Shown here one piece after another: positions 16,741 to 27,275 of a stretch of DNA of 64,000 nt. The notes beneath the pieces were generated by a model. It worked only from the letters and a program-made list of their open reading frames with translations, was not told the DNA's origin and searched no databases. The stretch covers positions 124,001 through 188,000 of IMG/VR virus record IMGVR_UViG_3300037116_000299. One strand, given 5' to 3'. How positions within the stretch are numbered: the first letter of the stretch is position 1; each line of letters opens with the position of its first letter. A program made the position numbers and the translations under genes.

Positions 16741-17466
16741 ATGACCGATCCCGTCTTTGCCGGCACCAAGGCAGCGCAGTTCCTGAAATCCAAGGGCATC
16801 TTCGTCGCCGCCGCGGCCGCCGGCGCCGGCGGCATCGCCATTGGAGCGGCACGCGGCAGCAGTCAGCATCAGGACGCTTCACCCACCACTCGCGCAGGCC
16901 TGGCGGCTCATCATGCGGTTGGCGCTGGCCTGATTCTGGCCGGAGTCGGAGCTGGAGTCTACGCCGCCAAGGGAACGCTTTGGAAGGGCGGCTACAAGGC
17001 CGCGACCGGTGCTGTCGAAGCGGGAGGCAAGTCCTTTACCGCAGCGACCCGGGAAACGGGGATAGCCAATACCTTTCTGAAACACCCCATCGTTCCTACC
17101 GCGATCGGTATGGGACTCGGCGGGCTCGTCGGGGCCCAGATGGACAAAGACAATCCCGCCGCGGGCGCCGCGATGGGGATGGTCGCAGGCGGAGCTGCAG
17201 GTCTGGCACTGCGTAGCGGCCGGAACATGGCCAAGAGCTGGAGCAAGACACCTCGGGTTGGCAAAGCAGCCTTGATTGCCGGCGCAGCGATCGGCGTTAC
17301 TGCAGCAGCGCACGCTTTCACCCACGAACAGTCTTATGCCGCTGATGACACCGCCGTAAGCGATGGCCGCGGCAGCTACGAGGCAACCGCGGGACCTCGA
17401 GAGCGGATGCAGTCGATGAATGCGACAGGATATCTGGTCTTCGGTCTCAACGCGCGTAGGCACTAA
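16741..17466 (+). CDS. Gly/Ala-rich multi-hydrophobic-helix protein, possible ejection protein (241 aa)
   Basis: Several glycine-zipper-like segments. Confidence 0.6.
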   Translation: MTDPVFAGTKAAQFLKSKGIFVAAAAAGAGGIAIGAARGSSQHQDASPTTRAGLAAHHAVGAGLILAGVGAGVYAAKGTLWKGGYKAATGAVEAGGKSFTAATRETGIANTFLKHPIVPTAIGMGLGGLVGAQMDKDNPAAGAAMGMVAGGAAGLALRSGRNMAKSWSKTPRVGKAALIAGAAIGVTAAAHAFTHEQSYAADDTAVSDGRGSYEATAGPRERMQSMNATGYLVFGLNARRH

Positions 17467-17990
17467 TGCTCCTGAACCAGGCATCCCGGGATGGACTCAA
17501 CGGAGCAGCGCAGTCGATGCGCATGGCTCCGTCGCGTGCGTTCTGGTCAGGCATGAAGCTGAGCGGTATCGGAATCGCCGCGGGCGTCCCGATGATCGCG
17601 TATGAAGCAGGGCATGCCCAGAGGGGCGAGGTTTTGCCCACCGCCCTGGGCCGCACCGTAGGCCTGATGACCTTCCCCGCGCTCAGCGGCGCGCTCGCCG
17701 CCGGCGGCGCGATGGCGGCCACCGCGCTAGGTCTCTCGGTCCCGGGCATTGGAGCCTTTGCCGTGTTGGCTTCGATCTACCCCGACGTGATGATCGGCAA
17801 TTCGATCAATCGCAGCATCCGGTCTCTCACCGCGGCCGGGCGCCAGGTTCACCACCTCGAGTTCGGTGGCAGCTTCCAGGACACCGACACCGCGCGCCAG
17901 ATGCGCAACTACGCCCTTTACGAGATGAGCGGAGCCACCTCCGCCTCCCGTCGTTACCTGGGACAGGAAGCTGCCCTGATGCACCGATAA
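17466..17990 (+). CDS. Gly/Ala-rich hydrophobic protein (174 aa)
   Basis: TAATG-coupled; long hydrophobic centre. Confidence 0.6.
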   Translation: MLLNQASRDGLNGAAQSMRMAPSRAFWSGMKLSGIGIAAGVPMIAYEAGHAQRGEVLPTALGRTVGLMTFPALSGALAAGGAMAATALGLSVPGIGAFAVLASIYPDVMIGNSINRSIRSLTAAGRQVHHLEFGGSFQDTDTARQMRNYALYEMSGATSASRRYLGQEAALMHR

Positions 17991-18079
17991 CAGTCTTCGA
18001 CTCGAAGAGCGGATTCATAGCGGTTTTCGACCGCCGATAACGCTTTTCGACCAAACCCTTCAAATTGGAGTTCCTACTC

Positions 18080-18496
18080 ATGGGCGACTACCTGGATTTC
18101 AAGCGCAACGTGCTCAATACCCCTCACCCGATGTTCGGGGCGATGCCTCCTGGCTTTGGCGTAGGCGACCTGCCTGCGCGGTATGACGACGGCTTCCTCG
18201 TGTTCAACGCTGTCACTGGCGACCAGACATCCGCAGCCATCCCTGTCGATGCCAACGCGATCGAGCTGGTGGCCACCTTCAGCGACCTGCACACCGGTTG
18301 CACGATCACGGTGTTGGCGGCCGACGGCGTGACTCCGCTGGCAGTCTTCCCCGGGGTAAGCACGCTCAAGAGCAGCAACCTCTATGCCGGCTTTGCCGAG
18401 AACAACCAGCTGCTCGGCGGAGGTTCGTTTCTCTTCGCCGTATCCGCATGGTCTGGCACGGGAACCCTGACGTTGAAGGTTCGCCGCACCGGCTAA
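18080..18496 (+). CDS. Beta-rich hypothetical protein, possibly structural (138 aa)
   Basis: Start placed at MGDYLD behind GGAG. Confidence 0.65.
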   Translation: MGDYLDFKRNVLNTPHPMFGAMPPGFGVGDLPARYDDGFLVFNAVTGDQTSAAIPVDANAIELVATFSDLHTGCTITVLAADGVTPLAVFPGVSTLKSSNLYAGFAENNQLLGGGSFLFAVSAWSGTGTLTLKVRRTG

Positions 18497-18509
18497 TACA
18501 GGACAACTT

Positions 18510-20636
18510 GTGAGCACTGGATTCGTTCCGTTGGCCGATCTTGTGGCCGGTCTTCCTGAGGAAGATCGGTCCTTTCTCGCCAACGCCATCAAACGCGATC
18601 AGAAAGAACACGCCGAGGGCAGCGACAAAGCTGGCATCATTCGGCGGATGCAGTGCGCCCAGTGCCAGAACTGCCAGGAGCACTACCGCACCAAGCATCC
18701 AGGCAAGCCCTTCGTCATCAAGTGCTTTGGCGTCTACGACACCCCTGACTATGAGGCGGCGAAGGTGCGCATGCACGCCGACGGCGAGGAGATGTCGATC
18801 GACGAGATCCGGGAGATCTATGACCCCGCGTTCTGGGGCTCACGCCACATCGTCGTCAAGAATGACGACGGCGACATCGTCTCTTTCATCCCCCGTTTCT
18901 ACCAGGAAGAAGCTCTGCGCTGCACCTCGCCACGCAAGATCGACCGTTGGGGCCGCGGCCTGGGCAAGACCATGAGCGGCGTGGTGGAGGAGATGCACTT
19001 CCTCTGCAACAACAAGAACACCCAGACCCTGGTGCTCTGTCCATCGGCCGCGCAAGCTCAGTTGTGGTGGGATGAGATCAACTTCCAGGTCGAGAACTCG
19101 CCGACCCGTGAGTTCGAGATCTTGCAGAAGAAACAGCAGCCGTACGCCATGATCCGCTTCGGCAATGGCTCGGTCCTGACCATCTTCACCGCCGGATCGA
19201 AGTCCGGTAAGGGCGCTGACTCCATTCGATCGCAATCCCCGCGCCGCATCCGGCTCGAGGAGCAGGACTTTCTCGCCGACAAGGATTACCAGGCGATCAT
19301 GCCGCTGTTGCGGCGCTTCAAGAACGTCACCTTCCACGGTTCCTCGACGCCGACCGGCAAGCGCGAGATGTACTGGCAGATGTGCAACAAGCTGGCCGAG
19401 TACCAGGAGTTCTTCCACCCGGTCATGGATCACCCGGACTGGGGCAGTGAAACTCTCAATGAAGAGGCCTGCTTGGCCGAAGCCAAGACCATGGACCGCT
19501 ATCGCCATGAGTGGCTGGCCGAGTTCGGCGATCCCGAGGCCGGGCTCTTCAAGAGCGCCTTCGTCGACGCGGCGATGATGCCGTTCACCATGCGGTCTTC
19601 GATGTACTCCCCGGACAAGAACCATGTGATGGGCATCGACTGGAACGGCAAAGGCACCGGCACCCGCATCGTGGTCACCCAGTACGATCCTTCGACCCGC
19701 AAGCGGAGAGTGGTGCATCACGAGACCATCGACGACCCCAAGTCGACGACCCGCAAGTCCATGGCCCGCATCGTCGAGATCAACAAGATGTGGCACTGCG
19801 ACTACGTGTACGTGGACGCGGGGTTCGGCTTTGTCCAGGACGAGTTGATCAAGGAGATCGGCGTCGCCGCCGGCACCTTCGACCCTGACACCGCCAAGCT
19901 GAAGTACATCAAGGTCATCGACTTCGGCGCCAAGCTCGAAACCAACGCCATCGTCCCCAACCGGGACCCCAATTCCAAGTACCTGGCCGATCCGAAGGAC
20001 GACATTCTGAAGCGCCGCACCAAACCCTTCATGGTTGAAGGCATGGTCATGGCCTTCGAAGCCGGCCTGGTCGAGATCTCGCGCGAGTACAACACCCTCG
20101 AAGAGCAGCTCCGCGGCTACCGGGTCAAGACCTGGACCAAGGGCGGCGCAGCCGACACCTACATCACCGACTCCGAATCTGGCGACCATGACCTCGACGC
20201 CTGCATGCTGTCGATGCTGGGGATCGAGCTGAACTACGGCCTCTGGCACACCAAAGAATCCATCCGGCGTTTGGTACAGATCGCGCACGTGTCAGGCTGG
20301 GGACTGCCGGCAACTGTGGTCAATACCCAGCCGGCGGCAGCGGACGATCCAGAACAGAGTCCAGCCGCGCGGATTGAGCAAAACCGGCAACTCCGCCGTC
20401 AGGCGTCCGGGGTTCCTTCCCGCGTTACTGCTGCCCAGACGGGAACATCGCTGCAGGAGAAATACCGGCTGATGTACCTCTCCAAGGGCAGCTACATTGC
20501 CGCCCCCACCGGAGGCGGCGCTGCCAGTTCCAACGGACGCGTACCCTCCCGGACCGGAGTCTTCCAGGGAGCCTCGCGGGGAGGTTCGCAGTACGGCAAC
20601 CCGCAGACTTCCCGGACTCGATTCAGGAGCTACTAA
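18510..20636 (+). CDS. terL: Terminase large subunit (708 aa)
   Basis: Q motif RFYQEEAL, Walker A WGRGLGKT, Walker B RIRLEEQD, motif III SSTPTG, RNaseH-like nuclease MGIDW...YVDAGFG...DHDLDA. Confidence 0.92.
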   Translation: MSTGFVPLADLVAGLPEEDRSFLANAIKRDQKEHAEGSDKAGIIRRMQCAQCQNCQEHYRTKHPGKPFVIKCFGVYDTPDYEAAKVRMHADGEEMSIDEIREIYDPAFWGSRHIVVKNDDGDIVSFIPRFYQEEALRCTSPRKIDRWGRGLGKTMSGVVEEMHFLCNNKNTQTLVLCPSAAQAQLWWDEINFQVENSPTREFEILQKKQQPYAMIRFGNGSVLTIFTAGSKSGKGADSIRSQSPRRIRLEEQDFLADKDYQAIMPLLRRFKNVTFHGSSTPTGKREMYWQMCNKLAEYQEFFHPVMDHPDWGSETLNEEACLAEAKTMDRYRHEWLAEFGDPEAGLFKSAFVDAAMMPFTMRSSMYSPDKNHVMGIDWNGKGTGTRIVVTQYDPSTRKRRVVHHETIDDPKSTTRKSMARIVEINKMWHCDYVYVDAGFGFVQDELIKEIGVAAGTFDPDTAKLKYIKVIDFGAKLETNAIVPNRDPNSKYLADPKDDILKRRTKPFMVEGMVMAFEAGLVEISREYNTLEEQLRGYRVKTWTKGGAADTYITDSESGDHDLDACMLSMLGIELNYGLWHTKESIRRLVQIAHVSGWGLPATVVNTQPAAADDPEQSPAARIEQNRQLRRQASGVPSRVTAAQTGTSLQEKYRLMYLSKGSYIAAPTGGGAASSNGRVPSRTGVFQGASRGGSQYGNPQTSRTRFRSY

Positions 20637-21056
20637 ATGGCGAACGGCGATACCCAGAACAACATTGCCGCGGACACCGCAGCGAGTTACGACAAGCCGA
20701 TCGCCGTGTCGGTCATCAACAAGCTGGAGAAGTTCCCGTTCATGCAGGAGCTGGCCTACAACGGCATCCTGGAATTCCTGAAGCAGGGCTTCCTCGGCCT
20801 GCAGGACTTCTTTGAGGAGATGACGGTGTACTCGAGCGTCAGCACCCTGCTCAAGGCCGCCTGGAGTCTGATCGTGCATCGCGCGCCTCTCAACCTCGAT
20901 GTGGAGCGGAATCTCTACACCACTGAATCCCTGGGAACGGTCGGTCTGGCCTTCCAGAGGATGATCGGCTACGACCAGGTCTTCGCCGTGGATCCTGACG
21001 ACCTGCAGGACGCGACCGGGTCTTCAGTCGTTTCCGCCAACCTCCCGAGCGCCTAA
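20637..21056 (+). CDS. Hypothetical protein (139 aa)
   Basis: Abuts terL; coupled to the next gene. Confidence 0.7.
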   Translation: MANGDTQNNIAADTAASYDKPIAVSVINKLEKFPFMQELAYNGILEFLKQGFLGLQDFFEEMTVYSSVSTLLKAAWSLIVHRAPLNLDVERNLYTTESLGTVGLAFQRMIGYDQVFAVDPDDLQDATGSSVVSANLPSA

Positions 21057-22672
21057 TGTCCTTCGATTCGATCAAGTTCGCGTACACCCCGCCGCCTACC
21101 GTTCCCGCGACGATCCCAGTCAATTCTGTTCAGCAACCCGGTCTGTTCATGAACCCCGGACAGACGAATTCGCTGAACACGTCAGTGGCAGGACAGTTGA
21201 TCGCCAGAGCCAAGGAGCTGCTCAATGCCAATCGGTACCTTCAGGATGTGATCCTGGCGCGCAGCCAGGGATTGGGCGTGGAGTTCGATCCCGCCGTCGA
21301 CCCCAGCACGGCGCAGTCGCTGGAGATTCTCTACCCGAACCAGATCGTCCCGACTTCGCTGACCGTCAACATGTACGGCCGGATGCTGGACGCAGAACTG
21401 GCCGCGCTGCAGATCGACACCGCGCTTGGCACCAACAGCGCCTGTGAAGTCAACGCCTTCCAGGCGGCGGCTGTGAGCCAGGTGGCTCAGGCAATTGAGA
21501 ACGGCTTGCTCAACAGCGGCAAGTTCCAGTACCAGCTGCCCCTGCTGCTCCGTCAACTCAAGGGAGATACCGCCCTCTTCAACACCGTAGCGACCGAACT
21601 GGCCAGGTACCCCGTGCTGGCGGCGCCGGCGGCGTCGCTCACGAGCGGCAAGCCGAGCTTGATCTCGGTGCGCGGCCAGGACGTGTCGCCTGCCCTGTCG
21701 TCCATCATGAACGACGCGTTTGACTCATTCCAGAGTTCCTACGCTTCGGTCTATCAGCTGGCGGCAACGACGGGTGTCATCGACCAGGACGTCAACAACG
21801 TCCTGAACCAATACTTCATCGAGCCGGCCGCGAACCTGATTCGTATGACGGCTCTGTTCGACTCGCTGATCGGGTTTGCCCATCTCCCGCGGTTGAAGTC
21901 AGTGGTCAACGGGCTCACCGGCTACGCCTTCATGATGCTGATCGCCGAGGCCTCCACGATGGAGTTCATGGCCGATCGGTTCATTCAGACCGCAATCATG
22001 CCGCTCCGCCAGATCACCAGCAACATAGGCGACATGGTCAAGCAGGTACAACTTGCAACTGCCCTGGTGGGTCAGGCTGCCGGCGGCGTCAAGCAGGCCT
22101 ACAACCACACCACCGGCGGTCTGAAGGGAATGTCCTTCGGCTACAGTTGCGGACTCCCGCACAACGCGGCGGCTCAGAAGCCGGCCGTTCCGGAAAGCGT
22201 TTGGTCCGTTCCTGGCGTTGGCAAGATGTCCCAGGGCCTGACCGCCCTGGCCACCCATCTCGACTGGGCACAACACGAAGGCATGAAGAAAGCCAGCCTG
22301 GTCCAGGAGTCGTTTCAGAAGCTCCTGCAGCGCCGTGTTGGCGACATGAACACCCAGCTGGACCTGATGTGTAGTACCCAGGCTTTGAACACGCTCACCC
22401 AGCTCGCGCGATCCGTCCTCTCTTTCACCGGATCCGCGGCGCCCGTGGGCGGCACCCAGACCATCAGTCAGATGCAGGCCGTCACCCAGATCATGAACGG
22501 CATGCAGTCCGCCACCGGATCCTCTTATGTTGTCGTGAACAGCCAGATGCAGGCCGTTCCTCCTTCCGTTCCCGCGCCACCGAGCAGCGTCCAGACCACT
22601 CTGGTCAACGGAGGCCTGACCCTCGTCGCCACTTCGGCGGCCGTCAAGGCACCCACCCTTGGAGCAAGCTAA
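21056..22672 (+). CDS. Hypothetical, probably virion protein (538 aa)
   Basis: Long coupled ORF between terL and the portal. Confidence 0.7.
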   Translation: MSFDSIKFAYTPPPTVPATIPVNSVQQPGLFMNPGQTNSLNTSVAGQLIARAKELLNANRYLQDVILARSQGLGVEFDPAVDPSTAQSLEILYPNQIVPTSLTVNMYGRMLDAELAALQIDTALGTNSACEVNAFQAAAVSQVAQAIENGLLNSGKFQYQLPLLLRQLKGDTALFNTVATELARYPVLAAPAASLTSGKPSLISVRGQDVSPALSSIMNDAFDSFQSSYASVYQLAATTGVIDQDVNNVLNQYFIEPAANLIRMTALFDSLIGFAHLPRLKSVVNGLTGYAFMMLIAEASTMEFMADRFIQTAIMPLRQITSNIGDMVKQVQLATALVGQAAGGVKQAYNHTTGGLKGMSFGYSCGLPHNAAAQKPAVPESVWSVPGVGKMSQGLTALATHLDWAQHEGMKKASLVQESFQKLLQRRVGDMNTQLDLMCSTQALNTLTQLARSVLSFTGSAAPVGGTQTISQMQAVTQIMNGMQSATGSSYVVVNSQMQAVPPSVPAPPSSVQTTLVNGGLTLVATSAAVKAPTLGAS

Positions 22673-24915
22673 TGCCCAGCAAGACCGCTAACCAGATGAA
22701 AGCAGACCGTCTTCAGATCCAGGAAACGTATCGGCTCACCCGCCTCATGGCATTCACGGACGGCACGCTGAAGAGCGCGTCGAAGCCGATCGCGATGCGG
22801 AGGACGGTTGCCGGCAAGCAGATGGAGCCCAACATCAAAGGGCTCGGCGATCGTACCGCTTCGTACACCGGCGGAACCTTCCAGCCGCGGGAGATCCCGA
22901 CCGGAGCACGCCACGTCACCGATGCCCAGATGCGCGCCTGGAAGACGACCGTCGACAGCGGGATGAAGATCGCCGATGCCGGGAAGATCATCAACCCGGA
23001 CATCACCCGGATCAAGCAGGCCAAGGCGGCCGACTACATCGGCACCTATTACATGTGGAATGGGGTCCTGCAGCCGGAATACGACATGCGCGAACCGCAT
23101 GCCATCGTGGACACCGAAGTCTATGTAAAGCAGATGGTCCACCGGAAGCTGGCGCTCGCCGCCCGCGCCGGCTACGAGATCATGAGCGACCGGGATGAGG
23201 ACGCTGAGTACATCCAGCACCGCATCGACGTCATGGAGTTTGTCTCGGAGCGCAGTTTCCCCAGCCTGCTCAAGGGCATTCTGTACAACCTCTTCACCTG
23301 CTCCAACTGCTTTGTTCACAAGCTGCGCAAGGAAGATGCGTCCCCGGTTCCCCGCAAGAAGGGGATGCCGGCGCCGGTCGCCGCCTATTCGATCATCCCG
23401 GCCCACACCATCCAGCCCTACCTCGAGCATGGCCGGATCGTGAAGTGGCGTCGCTTCTTCGACTCCGCCGTTCCGTGGCAGGACATCCCGGTCGAAGACA
23501 TCATCCACTTCAAGTGGTCCTCCGATCTCAAGGCTGGCCACATCTATGCCACCCCGCGCACGATCGCCGTCCGCGACGACATCTTTGCGCTCCGCCGCTT
23601 GGAAGAGAACGTCGAACTGCTGTTCATCAACCACTTGTTCCCGTTGTTCCACGTTCAAGTGGGCACCGCGGAAGCGCCTTGCACCTACGGCGACAACGGC
23701 GAGTCTGAGATCGACCTGGTCCGCTGGCAGATCGAGAACATGCCGAAGGAAGGCGTCTATGTCTCGGACGAGCGCGTCAAGATCAGCGCCGTCGGCGCCG
23801 AAGGCAAGTCCCTCGACTTCTCCCCACTGGTAACGCACTACAAGAGCCGCGTCTATGTCGGGCTGGGCATGAGCGCCATCGACATGGGCGAAGGCGCGGA
23901 CGCAACGCGCGCCACCGCCGACAACATCTCGCAGAACCTCAAGGATTCGATCAAGGCCGATCTCGATGACCTGGCCGATCAGATCCGGATGTTCATGTTC
24001 CGCGACTGGTTCATGGAGGCGAACTACTCGACCTCCGTGCAGAAGGGCGTGGCCCGCACCTTCATCCGGTTCCACGAACTGGATCTCGACAACCGGATCA
24101 AGGAAGAGACCCACGTCCTGGCTCTCTTCAACTCCCACCTCATCACCGAGGATGAAGCCCGCAAGCGCCTGAAGTACAAGGCGATGACTCCGAAGGATCG
24201 GGGCAACACCCACTTCAGCCTGCATGTGGTGAAGCTTGAGAAGGAGATTACCAAGTTCAAGACTGCCTCGACCCTCGAAATCAACGCCGCCAATGTCGAC
24301 AACGAAAAGAAGATGGCAGGCACCCAGATCAAGCTGATGGAGGCGCAGGCCAAACTCTCCGAGACCAAGACCGGTCACGAGGAGCAGAGTCTCGCCGCCC
24401 AGGCCAAGCATCTGCCTGTCATCGCCAAGGCCAAGGTAGCGGTGGCGAATGCTACCGCGCGCAAGGGCGCCGCCGGCGCGCCGCGCCGCTCAACCGCCAA
24501 GAAGACGACGCAGACCGCGGCCGCCGTCTCGAATAAGATGCGCCCGACCAACCAGCACGGCAGCGGCCTGGGGCCGACCAAGGCTAAGTCCAGCCGTGAA
24601 TCCTTCATGGGCGAGTTGTACGAAGGCTTGCTGCTGGCGCGCGAGGACATGATCAGCGATGGACAGTCCGCGCCGAAACAGTGGCAGTCGGTCAGTTCGG
24701 AAGTGGTAGATCAGGTCCTGGACCGTATGGAGAAAGCTGAAATCACCGGTTCGGGTGGTGATTCCTATACTAGACAGGTGAGAGATGGACTTAGCCGATT
24801 GAAGGCCATGATCGCTGAGACCTCTGACCCTGAACTTCTCTCTGTCCTCCTTCGGGAAGGCATCGAGGAAGAGGTAGTAGACGATGTCGAACTTCACGAC
24901 GCACTTGCCAGTTAG
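22672..24915 (+). CDS. Portal protein with long Lys/Ala-rich C-terminal extension (747 aa)
   Basis: Position between terL and protease; DIIHFKW, YATPRTIAVRDDIFALRR, LFPLFHVQVG, RVYVGLGMSAIDMG...RATAD portal-like motifs. Confidence 0.8.
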   Translation: MPSKTANQMKADRLQIQETYRLTRLMAFTDGTLKSASKPIAMRRTVAGKQMEPNIKGLGDRTASYTGGTFQPREIPTGARHVTDAQMRAWKTTVDSGMKIADAGKIINPDITRIKQAKAADYIGTYYMWNGVLQPEYDMREPHAIVDTEVYVKQMVHRKLALAARAGYEIMSDRDEDAEYIQHRIDVMEFVSERSFPSLLKGILYNLFTCSNCFVHKLRKEDASPVPRKKGMPAPVAAYSIIPAHTIQPYLEHGRIVKWRRFFDSAVPWQDIPVEDIIHFKWSSDLKAGHIYATPRTIAVRDDIFALRRLEENVELLFINHLFPLFHVQVGTAEAPCTYGDNGESEIDLVRWQIENMPKEGVYVSDERVKISAVGAEGKSLDFSPLVTHYKSRVYVGLGMSAIDMGEGADATRATADNISQNLKDSIKADLDDLADQIRMFMFRDWFMEANYSTSVQKGVARTFIRFHELDLDNRIKEETHVLALFNSHLITEDEARKRLKYKAMTPKDRGNTHFSLHVVKLEKEITKFKTASTLEINAANVDNEKKMAGTQIKLMEAQAKLSETKTGHEEQSLAAQAKHLPVIAKAKVAVANATARKGAAGAPRRSTAKKTTQTAAAVSNKMRPTNQHGSGLGPTKAKSSRESFMGELYEGLLLAREDMISDGQSAPKQWQSVSSEVVDQVLDRMEKAEITGSGGDSYTRQVRDGLSRLKAMIAETSDPELLSVLLREGIEEEVVDDVELHDALAS
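24764..24773 (+). promoter_or_regulatory. Class B putative late promoter CCTATACTAG
   Basis: Inside the portal 3' end, upstream of the head-assembly genes; context TTCCTATACTAGACAG matches the 42258 copy. Confidence 0.55.
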
Positions 24916-25066
24916 GGAGATCAACCCCACCGGCATTGTATCCGCACCGCTGGAGACCGCGCTTGCAATGGGCGCCGGGGCAATGTTCCAGAGTCCGGTA
25001 CAGGTATCCCAGATCCCCGCAGGCGGTTCTTTCCTGCTCGAGATCCCCCTCAACGTACAGAACTAA
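24884..25066 (+). CDS. Small hypothetical protein (60 aa)
   Basis: GAGGTAG RBS-like sequence; fills the gap before the protease. Confidence 0.5.
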   Translation: MSNFTTHLPVREINPTGIVSAPLETALAMGAGAMFQSPVQVSQIPAGGSFLLEIPLNVQN

Positions 25067-25136
25067 CTGCAGTCGACGCCGGACAAGAACTACGTTACCC
25101 GGGTGACTGACAGTTCGTCAGGAAGAACAAGCCGAC

Positions 25137-27248
25137 ATGTCCAACGAGCGACGCTGGCTCAAGGTCCGCGACTTTCTGACATTCCGTCCGAAAGAGGTCC
25201 TTGAGGATAAGAAACACTTCTTCGAGTGCAAGGACTCTACCTCCGAGACAGGCAGTAGCCTGCTCGTGCGCGTCAACGCGACGCACGCCGGTCTGGTCAC
25301 CGGCAACCGCAAGTTTTACCGTCCTGATTTCATGCAGGACTCAGTCCACACCTGGCTGCCGAAGCACAAGCCGGCGCTTCCAGTGTTGCGTGGACACAGT
25401 GAGGATGGCGAGGTTCTGGGCCGCGTTCGCGAGGCCAAGTACATCGATGACTCCTGGCAGTATGCGAAGGACTATCCGATCCTCAAGGATTCGGTCTTCT
25501 ACAACCGGGATGCCCGGTCCAAGAAGGTAGGTCTCTTCAAAGCTGTCGACTGGATCACCGACAATCTAGTCCCCCTGTCCGACTACCGTGGTCTGGGCCA
25601 CATCGAACTCGGCCTGACCATCACCAATCCGGAAGCGATCAAGAAGATCCTCCGCGACGAATACCTTTGCGTTTCGGCCGGTGCCATCACCGACGAGGCA
25701 ATCTGCTCAATCTGCCACACCGATTGGGCTTCGAACGATAAGTGCGAGCATCGCCCTGGGCAGCTCGTTGATGGCCGCCGGATGTTCATTATCTCCGGTC
25801 GCTTCCGCTACGAGGAACTCTCCTTCGTCAACTTCGGCGCCGATCCATTCGCCGCCGTGAAGACCAAGGAATTGAAGGACTCCCTCGAGAAGATGTTCTT
25901 TCTCGGCTTGCCGATCGGAGACCAGGATCACATGGTCGAGGCGGGCCTCAAACTGACCGACAGTCTGTATGAGTCGGACATCCAGATTCATTACGAGGAA
26001 CCCGAGATGACGATCGATTTGGCTGCCCTTGAGCAGACCATCAAAAGTGCCGAACTGACCGCGACCGATGCCTTTGCGGTGCGCGACCAGCTCCTGGCCT
26101 GGACCCCGGAATCGGAAGACGACAAGAGCGCCAAGCGCAGCTTGCAGTCGACCCTGACCGCCAAGATTCGTAAGAACAGCTGGAAGCAGGACACTCCTGT
26201 TACAGTGACCGACGCCGTCGCAGCTCCTTCCGCGGAAGAACTCGCCACCGTCGATAAGGTCAAGGATGCAGTTGATGCTGCCGCCGTCGCCGCCGCCGTC
26301 ACCGAGTCCGAGACTCCGGCAACGGAAGTCAAGGACAAGGTCGAATGCTTTGCCTGCAAGGCGAAGTTCACCAAGGACAAGATGGGCGTCACTTCCGACG
26401 GTGAGAATGTCTGCGAAGAGTGCAGCGAGAACATCAAGGACGCCAAGAAGGCAACCGACGGTGTTGTCAAGATCAGCGATGAGCTGAAGGCCCTCGCAGT
26501 CGGCGTCAAGTTGCTCGATGCCGAAGAGAAGGCCGAGCCCACCGAAGAAGCCAAGTCGATTCTCGGTTGCTACGAGACGCTGGACAAGTTGCACGGCAAT
26601 GCGAGCCAGGAACTGCGCTGGAAGATGGAAGACCTTCACGGCTCCATCGGCGAGCGTTGGGGCAAGGATCGCTGGGTCGAGTACGCGAAGTCCACGCTGG
26701 CCAACCACGTCAAGGACTCCAAGCTCGTCTCCAACGACGAGCTGGCGCTCAAGGATGAGGCTGTCGTCACCCAGGAAGCCGAGATCACCAAGCTCCAGGG
26801 CACGATCACGATCAAGGATCAGTCGATCGCCAAGTTCTTCAACGACTCGAAGCTGAGCATGGCCACCACCATCGTCATGGCCAGTGTCCTGCGCCAGAAG
26901 GACGGTTTCACCGGCCTGGATGGAGCCAAGATCCAGGACAAGATCAGCGAGTACGCGAAGCGGCATATCACCAGCCTGCGCGACTCCGTCGCCGACATCC
27001 TGAATGAGCTGCAGTGGGCCAAGCCCGTTGTAGCCGCACCGGAGGCAGCGGGCAAGGACCCGGCCACCACGGTAACCGACAACGCGCATGTAAGCGAGTC
27101 CGAAGGGTTCCACCCTGAAGCGCAAATTCCGGAACTGAAGGCGCAAGACGCCCAGAAGCTGAACCGGATGCTCTCTTACATCACCGACGAACCTGCACGT
27201 ACCCGGCTGATTGCGGATGTGCGGTGGGGTCGGACGAAGCTCAGCTAA
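25137..27248 (+). CDS. Prohead protease fused to a scaffold-like region (703 aa)
   Basis: ATHAG...NRKFY, PVLRGH, VSAGA...CSICH...CEHRPG...YEELSFVNFGADPFA; acidic/coiled-coil C-terminal half with a CFAC...CEEC ribbon. Confidence 0.8.
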   Translation: MSNERRWLKVRDFLTFRPKEVLEDKKHFFECKDSTSETGSSLLVRVNATHAGLVTGNRKFYRPDFMQDSVHTWLPKHKPALPVLRGHSEDGEVLGRVREAKYIDDSWQYAKDYPILKDSVFYNRDARSKKVGLFKAVDWITDNLVPLSDYRGLGHIELGLTITNPEAIKKILRDEYLCVSAGAITDEAICSICHTDWASNDKCEHRPGQLVDGRRMFIISGRFRYEELSFVNFGADPFAAVKTKELKDSLEKMFFLGLPIGDQDHMVEAGLKLTDSLYESDIQIHYEEPEMTIDLAALEQTIKSAELTATDAFAVRDQLLAWTPESEDDKSAKRSLQSTLTAKIRKNSWKQDTPVTVTDAVAAPSAEELATVDKVKDAVDAAAVAAAVTESETPATEVKDKVECFACKAKFTKDKMGVTSDGENVCEECSENIKDAKKATDGVVKISDELKALAVGVKLLDAEEKAEPTEEAKSILGCYETLDKLHGNASQELRWKMEDLHGSIGERWGKDRWVEYAKSTLANHVKDSKLVSNDELALKDEAVVTQEAEITKLQGTITIKDQSIAKFFNDSKLSMATTIVMASVLRQKDGFTGLDGAKIQDKISEYAKRHITSLRDSVADILNELQWAKPVVAAPEAAGKDPATTVTDNAHVSESEGFHPEAQIPELKAQDAQKLNRMLSYITDEPARTRLIADVRWGRTKLS

Positions 27249-27275
27249 CTCAGCGTTAGCACAAGGAGATTCACC

